Part shown: positions 34,349 to 45,399 of the stretch, piece after piece
How the letters are laid out: each line of letters begins with the position of its first letter
Numbering within the stretch: position 1 is the stretch's first letter
Assembly: GCA_963514005.1 (NCBI GenBank)
Contig: OY740781.1
Span: 23,560,001 to 23,624,000 of the forward strand
Source: Raja brachyura
Lineage: Eukaryota
DNA length: 64,000 nucleotides
Direction of reading: 5' to 3'
Program-made: the position numbers and the translations under genes
Notes under the pieces: model-generated
What the model saw: only the letters and a program-made list of their open reading frames with translations
Databases searched by the model: none
What the model was told of the DNA's origin: nothing

Positions 34349-35947
34349 AGGGAGGTTGCATGACAGTCGAGGTCACGACCCATGACCTGTACTGGGTCGT
34401 GAAGAAAGCAAATGGTATGTTAGCATTCATAGCGAAAGGATTCGAGTATAGGAGCAGGGAGGTTCTACTGCAGTTGTACAGGGTTTTGGTGAGGCCACAC
34501 CTGGAGTATTGCGTACAGTTTTGGTCTCCAAATCTGAGGAAAGACATCCTCGCCATAGAGGGGGTACAGAGAAGATTCACCAGACTGATTCCTGGGATGT
34601 CAGGACTTTCATATGAGGAAAGATTGGATAGACTCGGCTTGTACTCGCTGGAATTTAGAAGATTGAGGGGGGATCTTATAGAAACTTACAAAATTCTTAA
34701 GGGGTTGGACAAGCTAGATGCAGGAAGATTGTTCCCGATGTTGGGGGAGTCCAGAACAAGGGGTCACAGTCTAAGGATAAGGGGGAATTCCTTTAGGACC
34801 GAAATGAGGAAAACATTCTTTACACAGAGAGTGGTGAGTCTCTGGAATTCTCTGCCACAGAAGGTAGTTGAGGCCAGTTCATTGGCTACATTTAAGAGGG
34901 CGTTAGATGTGGCACTTGTGGCTAAAGGGATCAGGGGGTATGGAGAGAAGGCAGGTACGGGATACTGAGTTGGATGATCAGCCATAATCACATTGAATGG
35001 CGGTGCAGGCTCGAAGGGCCGAATGGCCTACTCCACCTATTTTCTATGTTTCTATGTACTGTTGACACCCAATGCCTTCTGGAGTACAAGCGGTGAACGT
35101 CAGGCAATCACTTACTATGGCTGCCAGTATAGCGGACCCATCTTCTGTCGCAGCATCCGGACTCCACACCGACCGGTTCCACACTTGCGGACCCCGGGCC
35201 GTCTGTCCCCTCGTGTGGTGGTCTGGGGGGGGGGGGGGGGGGGGATGAATCACTGCGTGTGTGGGTCGGGGTCCAAGTGGGTGAATCACCCCGTGTGGTG
35301 GTGGGGGTCCGGGGGTCGGGTGGGTGAATTACCCCATGGTGGGGGTCGGGGTCCAGAGCCGGTGCATCGCGGTCAGTGACTCTGGGTGGGCGGATGGACC
35401 AGACTGTCCCCAACTCTGCTGCAGCTGACGGGGACGTTGCCGGGTTTTCGTCCCCGTGTGTCCGCTGCCCAGAGCCGCGGACCCACTCCATCCGGCCCCG
35501 TGTGTGTGCGCTGCCAACCCACAGCCCATCACAGTGCGGCCGCTCAGGGGGAGACGGGCCAGAGGGCGGCCGTGGCCGGACAGCGCTGACCCGGTGAGGA
35601 GAGTGGGGGGGGGGGGGGGGGCTATCCCGAGGGATGCGCTCCATCGGTCACTTACACCTTGGTCACCCTCCATCCCCTGCTGTCGTGGGTCAAGACTTGC
35701 CCTCAATCCACCGGCAAGTTGCTCTTTCGCAAGTCAGTGAGCAGCAGTGATTTTGGCAGTTTTCTCTCATGGTTACCCCTATTTCCACAATTTTGTACAG
35801 CGTAACAATTGACCATTTTGACGTTTTTTTAAAAGGTAAGAACGTACGTGCTTCGTGTGTTACTAGTGAATGCCGGAAGCTGCCTTGCACTCCAGAAGGA
35901 TTGAGCTACTCACACCTTTGACCTTACGACCTTGCGTGCAACCCCCT
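34349..35947. mobile_element. GC-rich non-autonomous DNA transposon with nested CR1
   Basis: Imperfect TIRs agggaggttgcatg / cgtgcaaccccct at a TA-rich site; the host CR1 tail aaatgttgtta|tagtacc rejoins when it is removed. Confidence 0.65.
34397..35057 (+). mobile_element. Young CR1 3' portion
   Basis: VKKANGMLAFIAKGFEYRSREV...GYGEKAGTGY*; almost identical to the 18175-18845 copy. Confidence 0.95.
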
Positions 35948-36409
35948 TATAGTACCAGCCTACCACTATCTCCTCTGGCAGTGCGTTCCGTACACCCACC
36001 ATAGTCTGTACGAAACAAATTACCCTTTAGATTCCTATATATTCCTCTAATGATCTTATACACCTCTGTAAGGTCACCCCTCAACCTCCTGCGCTCCAAG
36101 GAATAAGTCCTAGCCTGCCCAACCTCTCCCTATAGCTCAGGCCCTCAAGTCCTAGCAACATCCTCATAAATCTTCTCTGCACTCTTTCCAGCTTAACAAC
36201 ATCCTCCCTAGTAGGGTGACCTACTTAATTTTGGTTGGAAACTCTCCTCTTGTGTCAGAGTTTAGACCTGTGGATACACATTGGGTCTTGCTGACTACGG
36301 TATTGACCCTGTAGAATGTATTCTGGACGTAAATGAAAACTAAATGCTAGAAATCCAAAACAAAGCCAGACAATGCTGTAAACAAATCAGGTGAGGTTGG
36401 ATCAGTAGC

Positions 36410-36712
36410 TTAGTTATGAGATGCAATGTGGAAACAAGCCCTTCGGCCAACCGAGTCCGCGCCAACTGGCGATCGCTGTACACTAACACGATCTACACAC
36501 TAGGGACTATCTACAATTTTTACCAAAGCCGATTTTTACCTACAAACCTATACGTGTTTGGAGTGTGGGAGGAAACCAGAGTACCCGGAGAAAACCCACG
36601 TAATCACGGGGAGAACGTACAAACTCCGTATGGACAGCACCTATGGTCAGGATCGAACCCTGCTCTCCGGCGCTGTAAGGCAGCAAGTCTATCACTGCAC
36701 ACATTGTGCCAC
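36410..36712 (-). mobile_element. tRNA-derived SINE
   Basis: Homologous to 19296-19606; B box gggttcgatcc on the minus strand. Confidence 0.82.
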
Positions 36713-37296
36713 ACTTCAAAAAGAACAGGTGGGACGTGAAGATAGGGCTTCTTGGTCAGCACAAGTAGACAAAAGAAGCAGTTAATGCTTCAGATCTGAG
36801 ACCCTTAGTTCTGACGTTCTCTTTCTGCTGCCCTGAAGAGTGTTTTCACCATTTTCTGCTTTTGTTTCCCTCAGATGTACTCTGAGGGAGACTTTCATCT
36901 CCTGGAAGCCAGTACAGTCCCACAATTACCCACTAGCTCAGTTCCTCGAAGCACTGTTCTGCGATGGGGAGCAGTGCCACTCACACCTACTGATTTTCAG
37001 ATCCACAATTTTGGCTCAATCAGATATTCTCAACAATGATATCCATGACTACAGATGCATCAGAGTCAAGCTCAATGCTGTCATCAACACATGTGGCACT
37101 GACCAAGATGGACCCTTCAAATACCACAGCAACTAATGTGGACATTGGCAGGTTGAGAACCACATGATTTGTACAATATCATATCTGCCAAGCCATTAGG
37201 ATATACAAGGAGATCTAGGTAAATTAACTTTTGACACCATACTGGAAGGATTTCCATGGATGTACTTTGTATGGATGCTTTCCATTGTGCTGTTAC

Positions 37297-37488
37297 CTCA
37301 GTGATCGTGTCTTGGGGAATAGTGGCAAAATTTGGAGAAGAGAACGTGAAGCCACTGTCTGTTCCAGCATCGTAAGGATACAGATCTACAGAGACTTGCT
37401 CCTTCCAAGTGTCTCCTTCACACAGATCAAAACTGTCACTACCCACAAACCAGTCTGGACTTGGCACAATGCGAGCAATGAATGACAT
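37297..37488 (-). CDS. SPON2: Spondin-2 coding exon 3 (spondin domain)
   Basis: ttgcag|ATG...GAG|gtaac; 192 bp, phase 0/0; [22 protein letters not shown]...[30 protein letters not shown]. Confidence 0.97.
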
Positions 37489-37675
37489 CTGCAAATAAGC
37501 ACAAGGAACTTGGTTAATCCTTTTACTATAATGCGTACCAAAATGTTCTGCGATTATCTCACCGTATGCCAATAGAATGAAGGTACAAGTATGTCTACGG
37601 GATTTTTTTTTAGTCGGTTCCCTTGCAGTCATTAGGCTGGGTAGTAAATTACAGGTGAAACCTATGTTTACCTAC

Positions 37676-38270
37676 GTCACAGCTTAGGGATAAGGGGGAA
37701 ATCCTTTAGGACCGAGATGAGAAGAATTTTTTTCACACAGAGAGTGGTGGGTCTCTGGAACTCTCTGCCACAGAGGGTAGTTGAGGCCAGTTCATTGGCT
37801 ATATTTAAGAGGGAGTTAGATGTGGCCCTTGTGGCTAAAGGGATCAGGGGGTATGGAGAGAAGGCAGGTACGGGATACTGAGTTGGATGATCAGCCATGA
37901 TCATATTGAATGGCGGTGTAGGCTCGAAGGGCCAAATGGCCTACTCCTGCACCTAATTTCTATGTTTCTATGTTTAGTTTAGAGATACATCGTGGAAACA
38001 GGCCCTTCGATCTACCGAATCCATGCCGACCAGCGATTCCCGTACACTAGAACTATCGTACACACTAGGGACAATTTACAATTCGTACCGACTGCCAATT
38101 AGTCTACAAGCCTGTACATATTTGGACTGTGGGGAAAAACCGGAGCACCAGGAGGAAATGCATGCCGTCACAGCGAGATCGTACAAGCTCCGTACAGACA
38201 GCACCCATAATCAGGATCGAACCCAGGTCTCAGTTTCTATAAGGCCGCAACTCTACCTCTGTGCCACCAC
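37676..38270. mobile_element. CR1 3' end (+, 37676-37972) tail-to-tail with a tRNA-derived SINE (-, 37973-38270)
   Basis: CR1 ttctatgtttctatg tail abuts the SINE tttagtttag tail. Confidence 0.88.
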
Positions 38271-38414
38271 TAGTTTGCTTTACTATTGGCATGGATAGGA
38301 TCCAAAAGTATATCCAAATGAATGAGTTGGTTGCTTGGGGGAAAAAAGTTTGTAAATTATCCAGTGTAAATTACAAAAGAGAAGGTCGATTGATACAGAA
38401 AAGTAAATACTCAC

Positions 38415-38638
38415 CAGAGAATGTCTGGCGTGCACCTCAAATTCAGTCGAAGTCTGTTCCACACCATTCGGGATAGCTGGAGTTGAGAAAATGCCATAGA
38501 CACTTTGGATTTTCTCGCCCGACGCTTCAACCTCTCGCATTAATGTCCAGGCCTCACTTTTCTCCACAAACTCCCGCACTCCGTTACTGGCATATTCACC
38601 CACCCTCCACATGTGGTAGTCACTGCTGTGGCTGACGA
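38415..38638 (-). CDS. SPON2: Spondin-2 coding exon 2 (spondin domain)
   Basis: ctttattcag|TC GTC...CTG|gtgagt; 224 bp, phase 1/0; [51 protein letters not shown]...FEVHARHSL. Confidence 0.97.
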
Positions 38639-39060
38639 CTGAATAAAGATCACAGACGTTACTCAAGAGCATTTATTTTATGATTTTTCATGCAAATCAA
38701 AAGTAAAACATCTAAAGAAAAATGTGTCCAATGACCAGAATCCAGAAATACAATCCTACATTAAGGAGAGTCCCCATTACTGCACCACTATCAGTACATT
38801 ACAGGAAGCCATTTGGCTCCATGCAAAAGCAATTCAGTTATCCCTGGCTTCCCACAAAGCTGCTCCTTTCACATCAAGGAATTCATTGCCACGGACGGCT
38901 GTGGAAGCCAAGACAAAATGTATATTTTTAAGGCAAGAGATTGACAGATTCTTGATTAGGACGGAAGTCAAGAGTTATGGGGAGAAGGCAGAATAAGGGG
39001 GATTGTGACGAATAGATAGGTCAGTCATGATGTGAAAGAGCGGAGTGGACTTGATGGATA

Positions 39061-39874
39061 GAATGTGGATAAATGTGAGGTTATCCACTTTGGTGGCAAA
39101 AACAGGAAAGCAGACTATTATCTAAATGGTGGCCGATTAGGAAAAGGGGAGATGCAGCGCGACCTGGGTGTCATGGTACACCAGTCATTGAAAGTAGGCA
39201 TGCAGGTGCAGCAGGCAGTGAAGAAAACAAATGATATGTTAGCTTTCATAGCAAAAGGATTTGAGTATAGGAGCAGGGAGGTTCTACTTCAGTTGTATAG
39301 GGTCTCGGTGAGACCACACCTGGAGTATTGCGTACAGTTCTGGTCTCCAAATCTGAGAAAGGACATTATTGCCATAGAGGGAATGCAGAGAAAGTTCACC
39401 AGACTCATTCCTGGGATGTCAGGACTGTCTTATGAAGAAAGACTGCATAGACTCGGTTTATACTCCCTAGAATTTAGGAGATTGAGAGGGGATCTTATAG
39501 AAACTTTAAAAATTCTTAAGGGGTTGGACAGGCTAGATGCAACATTGTTCCCGATGTTGGGGAGGTCCAGAACAAGAGGGTCACAGCTTAAGGATAAGGG
39601 GGAAATCCTTTAGGACCGAGATGAGAAGGACTTTTTTCACACAGAGAGTGGTGGGTCTCTGGAACTCTCTGCCACAGAGGGTAGTTGAGGCCAGTTCATT
39701 GGCTATATTTAAGAGGGAGTTAGATGTGGCCCTTGTGGCTAAGGGGATCAGAGGGTATGGAGAGAAGGCAGGTACGGGATACTGAGTTGGATGATCAGCC
39801 ATGATCATAATGAATTGGCGGTGCAGGCTCGAAGGGCCGAATGGCCTACTCCTGCACCTAATTTCTATGTTTCT
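39061..39874 (+). mobile_element. CR1 3' portion
   Basis: DKCEVIHFGGKN...RPHLEYCVQFW...GYGEKAGTGY*, with one frameshift. Confidence 0.95.
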
Positions 39875-40476
39875 AATACTTCTATAACTTATGAATTATT
39901 CATCTGGCCCCATTTCTGAGCACTACAATTTAATCTACTATTCCCCCGACACTACATTCTAGATCCTAACCACTGACTGCATAAGACAATTGTTCTCATT
40001 ATGTCTGATTCTTTTGCCAATCAGGTTATTCTGTACCCACTATTTCTTGACCTTCCTGCCAATGGAAATGATCATTTTGGATGGGGGCTGAATGACGACA
40101 GGGCAACTTACTTTACTCTCCCAAATAGTAGCATTGTTTTTTTTTAGCATCCATCCAAGAGCAGGCAAGAGTTCAAAAGATATAATATCCAATCATGCAG
40201 GGCTCCCTCATTGAATTGTCAACCCAGAATGTGAGATGGTCTTAGAGATTGGCATGAAACGAGTATTATCTTAGTGTCATTACCAATCCCGAAATATCTT
40301 TCCATCACATGATATCTTCAGCATAAATATTATTTAATTCGAGGGACAAGATGAGAAGTTTCTGTACAAAGAGAGATGCCAGTCTTGCAAATTATTAATC
40401 CCAGACATTGTCAATGCTCAGATAGTGAACATATTTAAGACAATGATCAGTAATCTTTTTTTGAATGCCAACATAC

Positions 40477-40765
40477 GGGCAGCATGGTGACGCAGTGGTA
40501 GAGTTGCTGCCTTAACGCAAAGAGACCCGGGTCCGAATCCTGACTCTGTCTGTACAGAGTTTGTACGTTCTCCCCGTGACATGCATGGGTTTTCTCCAGG
40601 AGCTCTGGTTTCCTCTCACACTCCAAAGATGTACAGGATTGTAAGTTAATAGGCTTGGTGAAAATTGTAAATTGTCCTTGATGTATGTAGGATCGTGTTA
40701 ATGTGCAGGGATCACTGATCACCATGGCCTCAGTGGGCCGAAGGGCCTGTTTTCTTGCTGTATGA
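40477..40765 (+). mobile_element. tRNA-derived SINE
   Basis: gggcagcatggtgacgcagtggtagag A box; gggtccgaatcc B box; conserved core. Confidence 0.85.
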
Positions 40766-41169
40766 CTGTCATGCAAAGTGGATGCCATTGAGTCTCCTTC
40801 TGAGTTCCCACCTTCCCGCATTTTAAGAAAGAACTGCAGATGCTGACAAAATCGAAGGTAGATACAAAATGCTGGAGAAACTCAGTCGGTGAGGCAGCAT
40901 CTATGGAGAGAAGGAATTGGCAACGGTTCGGGTCGAGTCTGAAGAAGGGTCTCAACCCAAAACGTCTCGACCTGAAATGTTCCTTCTCTCCATAGATGCT
41001 GCCTCACCCGCTGAGTTTCTCCAGCATTTTGCGTCTACCTTTAATTCATTTTAATTCATGTGTAAGCATTAGACACAGCACAACATCTCACTCAAGACCT
41101 GTGCTACAAAACTAACAATGGCTTGGATTGTCCCTTACGCTTACCGATTTCTAACCAACGATGTGAAGG

Positions 41170-41550
41170 ATGATGGAGGATCTCATTGAAACCCAATGAA
41201 TAACAAAAGGACTGGATAGAATGGACATGGATAGAATGTTTCCAGTAGTGGGAAAGTCTAGGACCAGACGGCACAGCCTCAGAATAAAAGGATGTACCTT
41301 TAGAAAGGAGATGAGGAGGAATTTCATTGGCCAGACTGTGGCAAGTCTGTGGAATTCATTGCCACAAACAGCTGTGAAGGGAAATACATTGGGTATTTTT
41401 AAGATGGAGATGGATAGTTTCTTGATTAGGAAGGGTGTCAAAGATTACAGGGAGAATAGGGTTGAGAGAGAAAAATAGATCAGCTATGATTGAATAGCAG
41501 AGTCAACTCTATGGGCTGAATTTTACTCCGACGTCTTATGCTCTTATGTG
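41170..41550 (+). mobile_element. Older CR1 3' fragment
   Basis: MFPVVGKSRTRRHSLRIKG...SLWNSLPQ. Confidence 0.85.
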
Positions 41551-41731
41551 GAAATGTTATGTACTCCCTAACCATCAGCACAATGGGATTATCTTTCCTG
41601 GGACTACAACGATTCATGGTGTATAACATGTCACAATCTTCAGCATGCATAAGGTCTTGGGGAAAAAAATAAATAGAATGCCCATATAGAGCAAATTAAA
41701 AATAGGGAGGGAAATGGTGATGGCATAAATC

Positions 41732-41747
41732 CCACCAGGGGGCAGTG
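41732..41747 (+). promoter_or_regulatory. Candidate CTCF binding site
   Basis: CCACCAGGGGGCAGTG matches the CTCF core CCASYAGRKGGCRS at every position; lies in non-repeat sequence. Confidence 0.6.
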
Positions 41748-42520
41748 CGATCCATAGTTTCAACAGAAGAGACGCATAAAGCTGGAGTAACTCGGCGGGA
41801 CAAGCAGCATCTCTGGAGAGAAGGAATGGGTGACTTTTCGGGTCGAGACCCTTCTTCAGACATAGTTTCAACAGTCGACTGAAAACGGCTTTAACTGGGA
41901 AGAAACATTCTCCATTGTAACCAAAATAGACAAGTTATTGTTTTCACTGTGTAACTCATTGTTAGAGGCAGTCAAGACGTCTGAAGAAGGGTCTCGACCC
42001 GAAACGTCGCCTATCTCCTTCGCTCCTTAGATGCTGCTGCACCCGCTGAGTTTCTCCAGCTTTTTGTGTAACCCCCAAAGACGACCAGAGACATTCGTGC
42101 ATAATTGATCGTATTTTACAACAGACAAGCTCGACCCCGATTAACTGAAGTTAGACACAAAAAGCTGGAGTAACTCAGCGGGTCAGACAGCATCTCTGGA
42201 GAAAAGGAATAGGTGAAGTTTCGAGTCGAGATCCTTCAGCCTGAGAGTCAGGGGGAAAGGAAACGAGAGATATAGAAAGATGTAGAACAAATGAATGAAA
42301 GATATGCCAAAAGTAACAAGGAAAGGCGGTGCCCACAAGGGCCCATTTGTGGCTGTGGGCTTGGTGATATCAGTTTAGTTCAATTAAACAAAGCCAGTGT
42401 GAGATAGAAGATAACTCAGCGGGACAAGCAAGCAGCATCTCTGGAGAGAAGGAATGGGACCACAAAATGATGGAGTAACTCAGTATGGGAGGACGCTTTT
42501 GGAGGGGCGCGCACACTCAC

Positions 42521-42710
42521 CGATGAGCGGGGACCACTGCGCCGGAGGCCGGTAGAGCGGGTACTGCTTGGGGAAGGCAGTGCGGCTCCACTTGCCCGAG
42601 AAGATAAGGCTGTACTTGGCGCGGCCCTTCGCCGCACACAGTGACTCCCCGGCCACGCAGCCCAGCACCGCGACACAGAGCGTACACACAACTTTCCAAA
42701 CTTTGCACAT
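42521..42710 (-). CDS. SPON2: Spondin-2 coding exon 1 (signal peptide and spondin domain start)
   Basis: accacgATG...ATC G|gtgagt; 190 bp, phase 1; [63 protein letters not shown]; probable acceptor cttttttttaccgcag starting the exon at 42744. Total CDS 963 bp = 320 aa. Confidence 0.95.
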
Positions 42711-43136
42711 CGTGGTATCTTTTTGTGGAGGAGATGTTTAGGTACTGCGGTAAAAAAAAGAGATCGGCATGAATGTATCTTATTGAAAGAACGTTTCACC
42801 CCATTGGCTTTTATTAACAACCATTTAACAATAAATTACATTTTACTGTTTAAATCGTGTTTGCATTTACACACAACGCCCGATGGTTATCTCAATGCAA
42901 ACTTTGCATTCGCAATTTATTTAGGCTGGCGTTAATTAAGTGGTTTAACCTCGAGGCAAAAGCAAAGAAGCGAGGGGGACATTTTTTATGTAAATAGTGA
43001 CTTATGAGCATTTATTGTTCTTGGTAAATAATGGAAAAGCAGAAATGATGCAAAGCAGAAAATGTGGTAAATGCATGCAGCTCTCTGCAAACCGAGCTGT
43101 TGCCTGGTCGCGTCGCTCGCTGCACCGTATACTCAC

Positions 43137-43244
43137 TGAATGACGATCTTTAGTGGAGTCTGCTAACTGCCAATGTTTGCAGGTGTTCGGTAGGGCTGCG
43201 GCGGGACCTCTGCAGAAATCGACAGTAACTGCCTGGTATTTATG
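43137..43244 (-). promoter_or_regulatory. SPON2: Putative SPON2 core promoter and non-coding first exon
   Basis: TATA-like CATAAATA at 43244-43237, then about 75 nt ending at donor TCA|gtgagt (43137/43136); CpG-rich; pairs with the acceptor at 42745. Confidence 0.55.
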
Positions 43245-44079
43245 CTTCCACCGAACCCTCGTTACTCAAACAATTATTGTAACCTTTCGACCTCGCATTT
43301 AAGGGTGTGCGCGGCGCGTTGACATGAAAAGGACTATTTATTTATTTCTCTCTATAATGTCTAAAACACCCTTGCGGGTGATAGGTTTAAAAATGAGAGT
43401 GTAAAACATAAATCAACCTACTGCAACAGATCATCTTCCACTCTGGGGCAGTTTGTTACCGCCTTCGATCTGACATGGTTCTGTTGTAACACGATTCTAG
43501 CGAACTCTCTCTGCCATTTATGTAGCTTAATGAGTTCCACAGTACTACCAGTTAAATGTGATAGGGAACGATATGTACTTTTTTGGTTTAAAAAATCATG
43601 TTTATCAGGTACATGTATAGGTTTTAGCGGGAAATGGACCAAACACATGCAAATGGGACTAGATGAGGCATCTAAATTGGCAGGAACGAGTTGGGCCGAA
43701 GGGTCTGTTTAATTGATTCATTGGACGATACAGCAAGGAAACGGGCCAGTTTGGCCCACCATGTCCACGTGACAACGTCAACCATCGGTCACCTAAAGAC
43801 ATAGAGTCACACTGCGTGAAAACAGGCTATTCGGTCCAACTTGCCCATACCAACTAGTCCCACCTGCCTGCGTTTGGCCCATATCCCTTTAAATATGTCC
43901 TATCCCCGTACCTGTCTAATTGGTTCATAAACGTTGCAATAGTACCTGCCTCAACTCCCTCCTCTGGCAGTTCGTTCCATACACCCATCATCCTTTGTGT
44001 GAAAAAGTTATCCTTCACATTCCTATTAAATCTACCAGTTGAACGTTATAGGGAACTATATATATATATATATACATAT

Positions 44080-44100
44080 ACATGACATTAAAAAACTAAG

Positions 44101-44140
<40 letters not shown>

Positions 44141-44162
44141 ACTTAGTTTTTTAATGTCATGT
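44080..44162. repeat. 83-bp palindrome with (TA)n centre
   Basis: acatgacattaaaaaactaag-(ta)n-cttagttttttaatgtcatgt. Confidence 0.95.
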
Positions 44163-45399
44163 TCAGATACAGCCTCTCTGAGGTTCGAATGACAAGTAAT
44201 AAAATCTAATCTAATCTAATACGGTTAGAGGCCCAGGTTAGCCATCTTGTTCGGCATGGATTGGACGAATTGGACCGAAGGGCATGTTTCTGTGCTGTAT
44301 CATCCTAAAACTGCAACAACTAAAATAATTGGATGTTACATAAATTCCGTACAATTGATTGATTGGAAATAACTCACAGTAGTTTTATGTTATTTCATCC
44401 ACTCCCTGTACACCAGGGGCAATTTACAGACGCCTACGAACCCGCACGCCCTTAGGATGTGGGAAGAAACCAGAGCACTCGGAGGAAACCCACGCGGTCA
44501 CACGGAGAACGTGCAAACTCTATATGGACAATCTGAAAAGCGTTATTCCTTTGGGCTGCTGGATCTGAATTTGTGAACTGTGCCATTAATATTATTTTCA
44601 AATAGATATTTGGTAGCAGGAATGCCTTCGCTTGCGGCATCCAATGAGTCTACATCATTGTACTGTATTGACATTAGTCTGTGGAAATGGGGTGAATGTG
44701 CTGAGAAATGTTGGCGCAAACCAAGTAAATAGATTTACTGTGTAGGAAGGAATTGCAGATGCTGGTTTGCACAGAAGATAGGAGCAAAATGCTGGAGTAA
44801 CTCACCGGGTCAGACAGCATCTCTGGGTTTAAGGAATGGACGAAGTGCCTGGCCCGCTGAGTTACTTCAGCATTTTGTGTCGATCTAATAGATTTGCTGG
44901 TCTATGCGGGATGTATATGTTTAACGTCTCACCCGCCCAGGTCCCATTTATAATGCAGTCATCCCCCACAATGCTGAAAGAGAAAACGGCCGCTTTGGTG
45001 ACATTGTCCGCTGGTGACATTGTCTAGTATCTTTGGTCTGGATTGCTAGAATCTGACGTCTGGGTCTACGGCAGCTGGAGAACAACTGGCCTGCCGTGCT
45101 GAGGCCGGGAACCTACCTTACGTACATTGATCCCACAATTGTGCAGGCCGCGGATGTCCGCCAAAGAGGCGGTGTTTGTGCTCGACCAAAATACAACTCA
45201 ACTGGGTCGGGCAGCAGCCGTGGAGGGCAGGAACTGTTGACGTTTCTGGTCTAGACACTTTAATGGAATGGGATTGGGGGGGGGGGGGGGGTGGGGAGGG
45301 GGGGGGGGGGGGGGGTGGTGAGGGTGGATAGTGACAAGGAGCTGGGATCCTGGTTAATAAAATGTTAGATAGCATCTGTGGATGAAATGGACCGACGCG

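Noticed and set aside
35044-35740. Overlapping GC-rich ORFs up to 178 aa
   Set aside because: Stop-poor GC-rich transposon interior; no recognisable domain.
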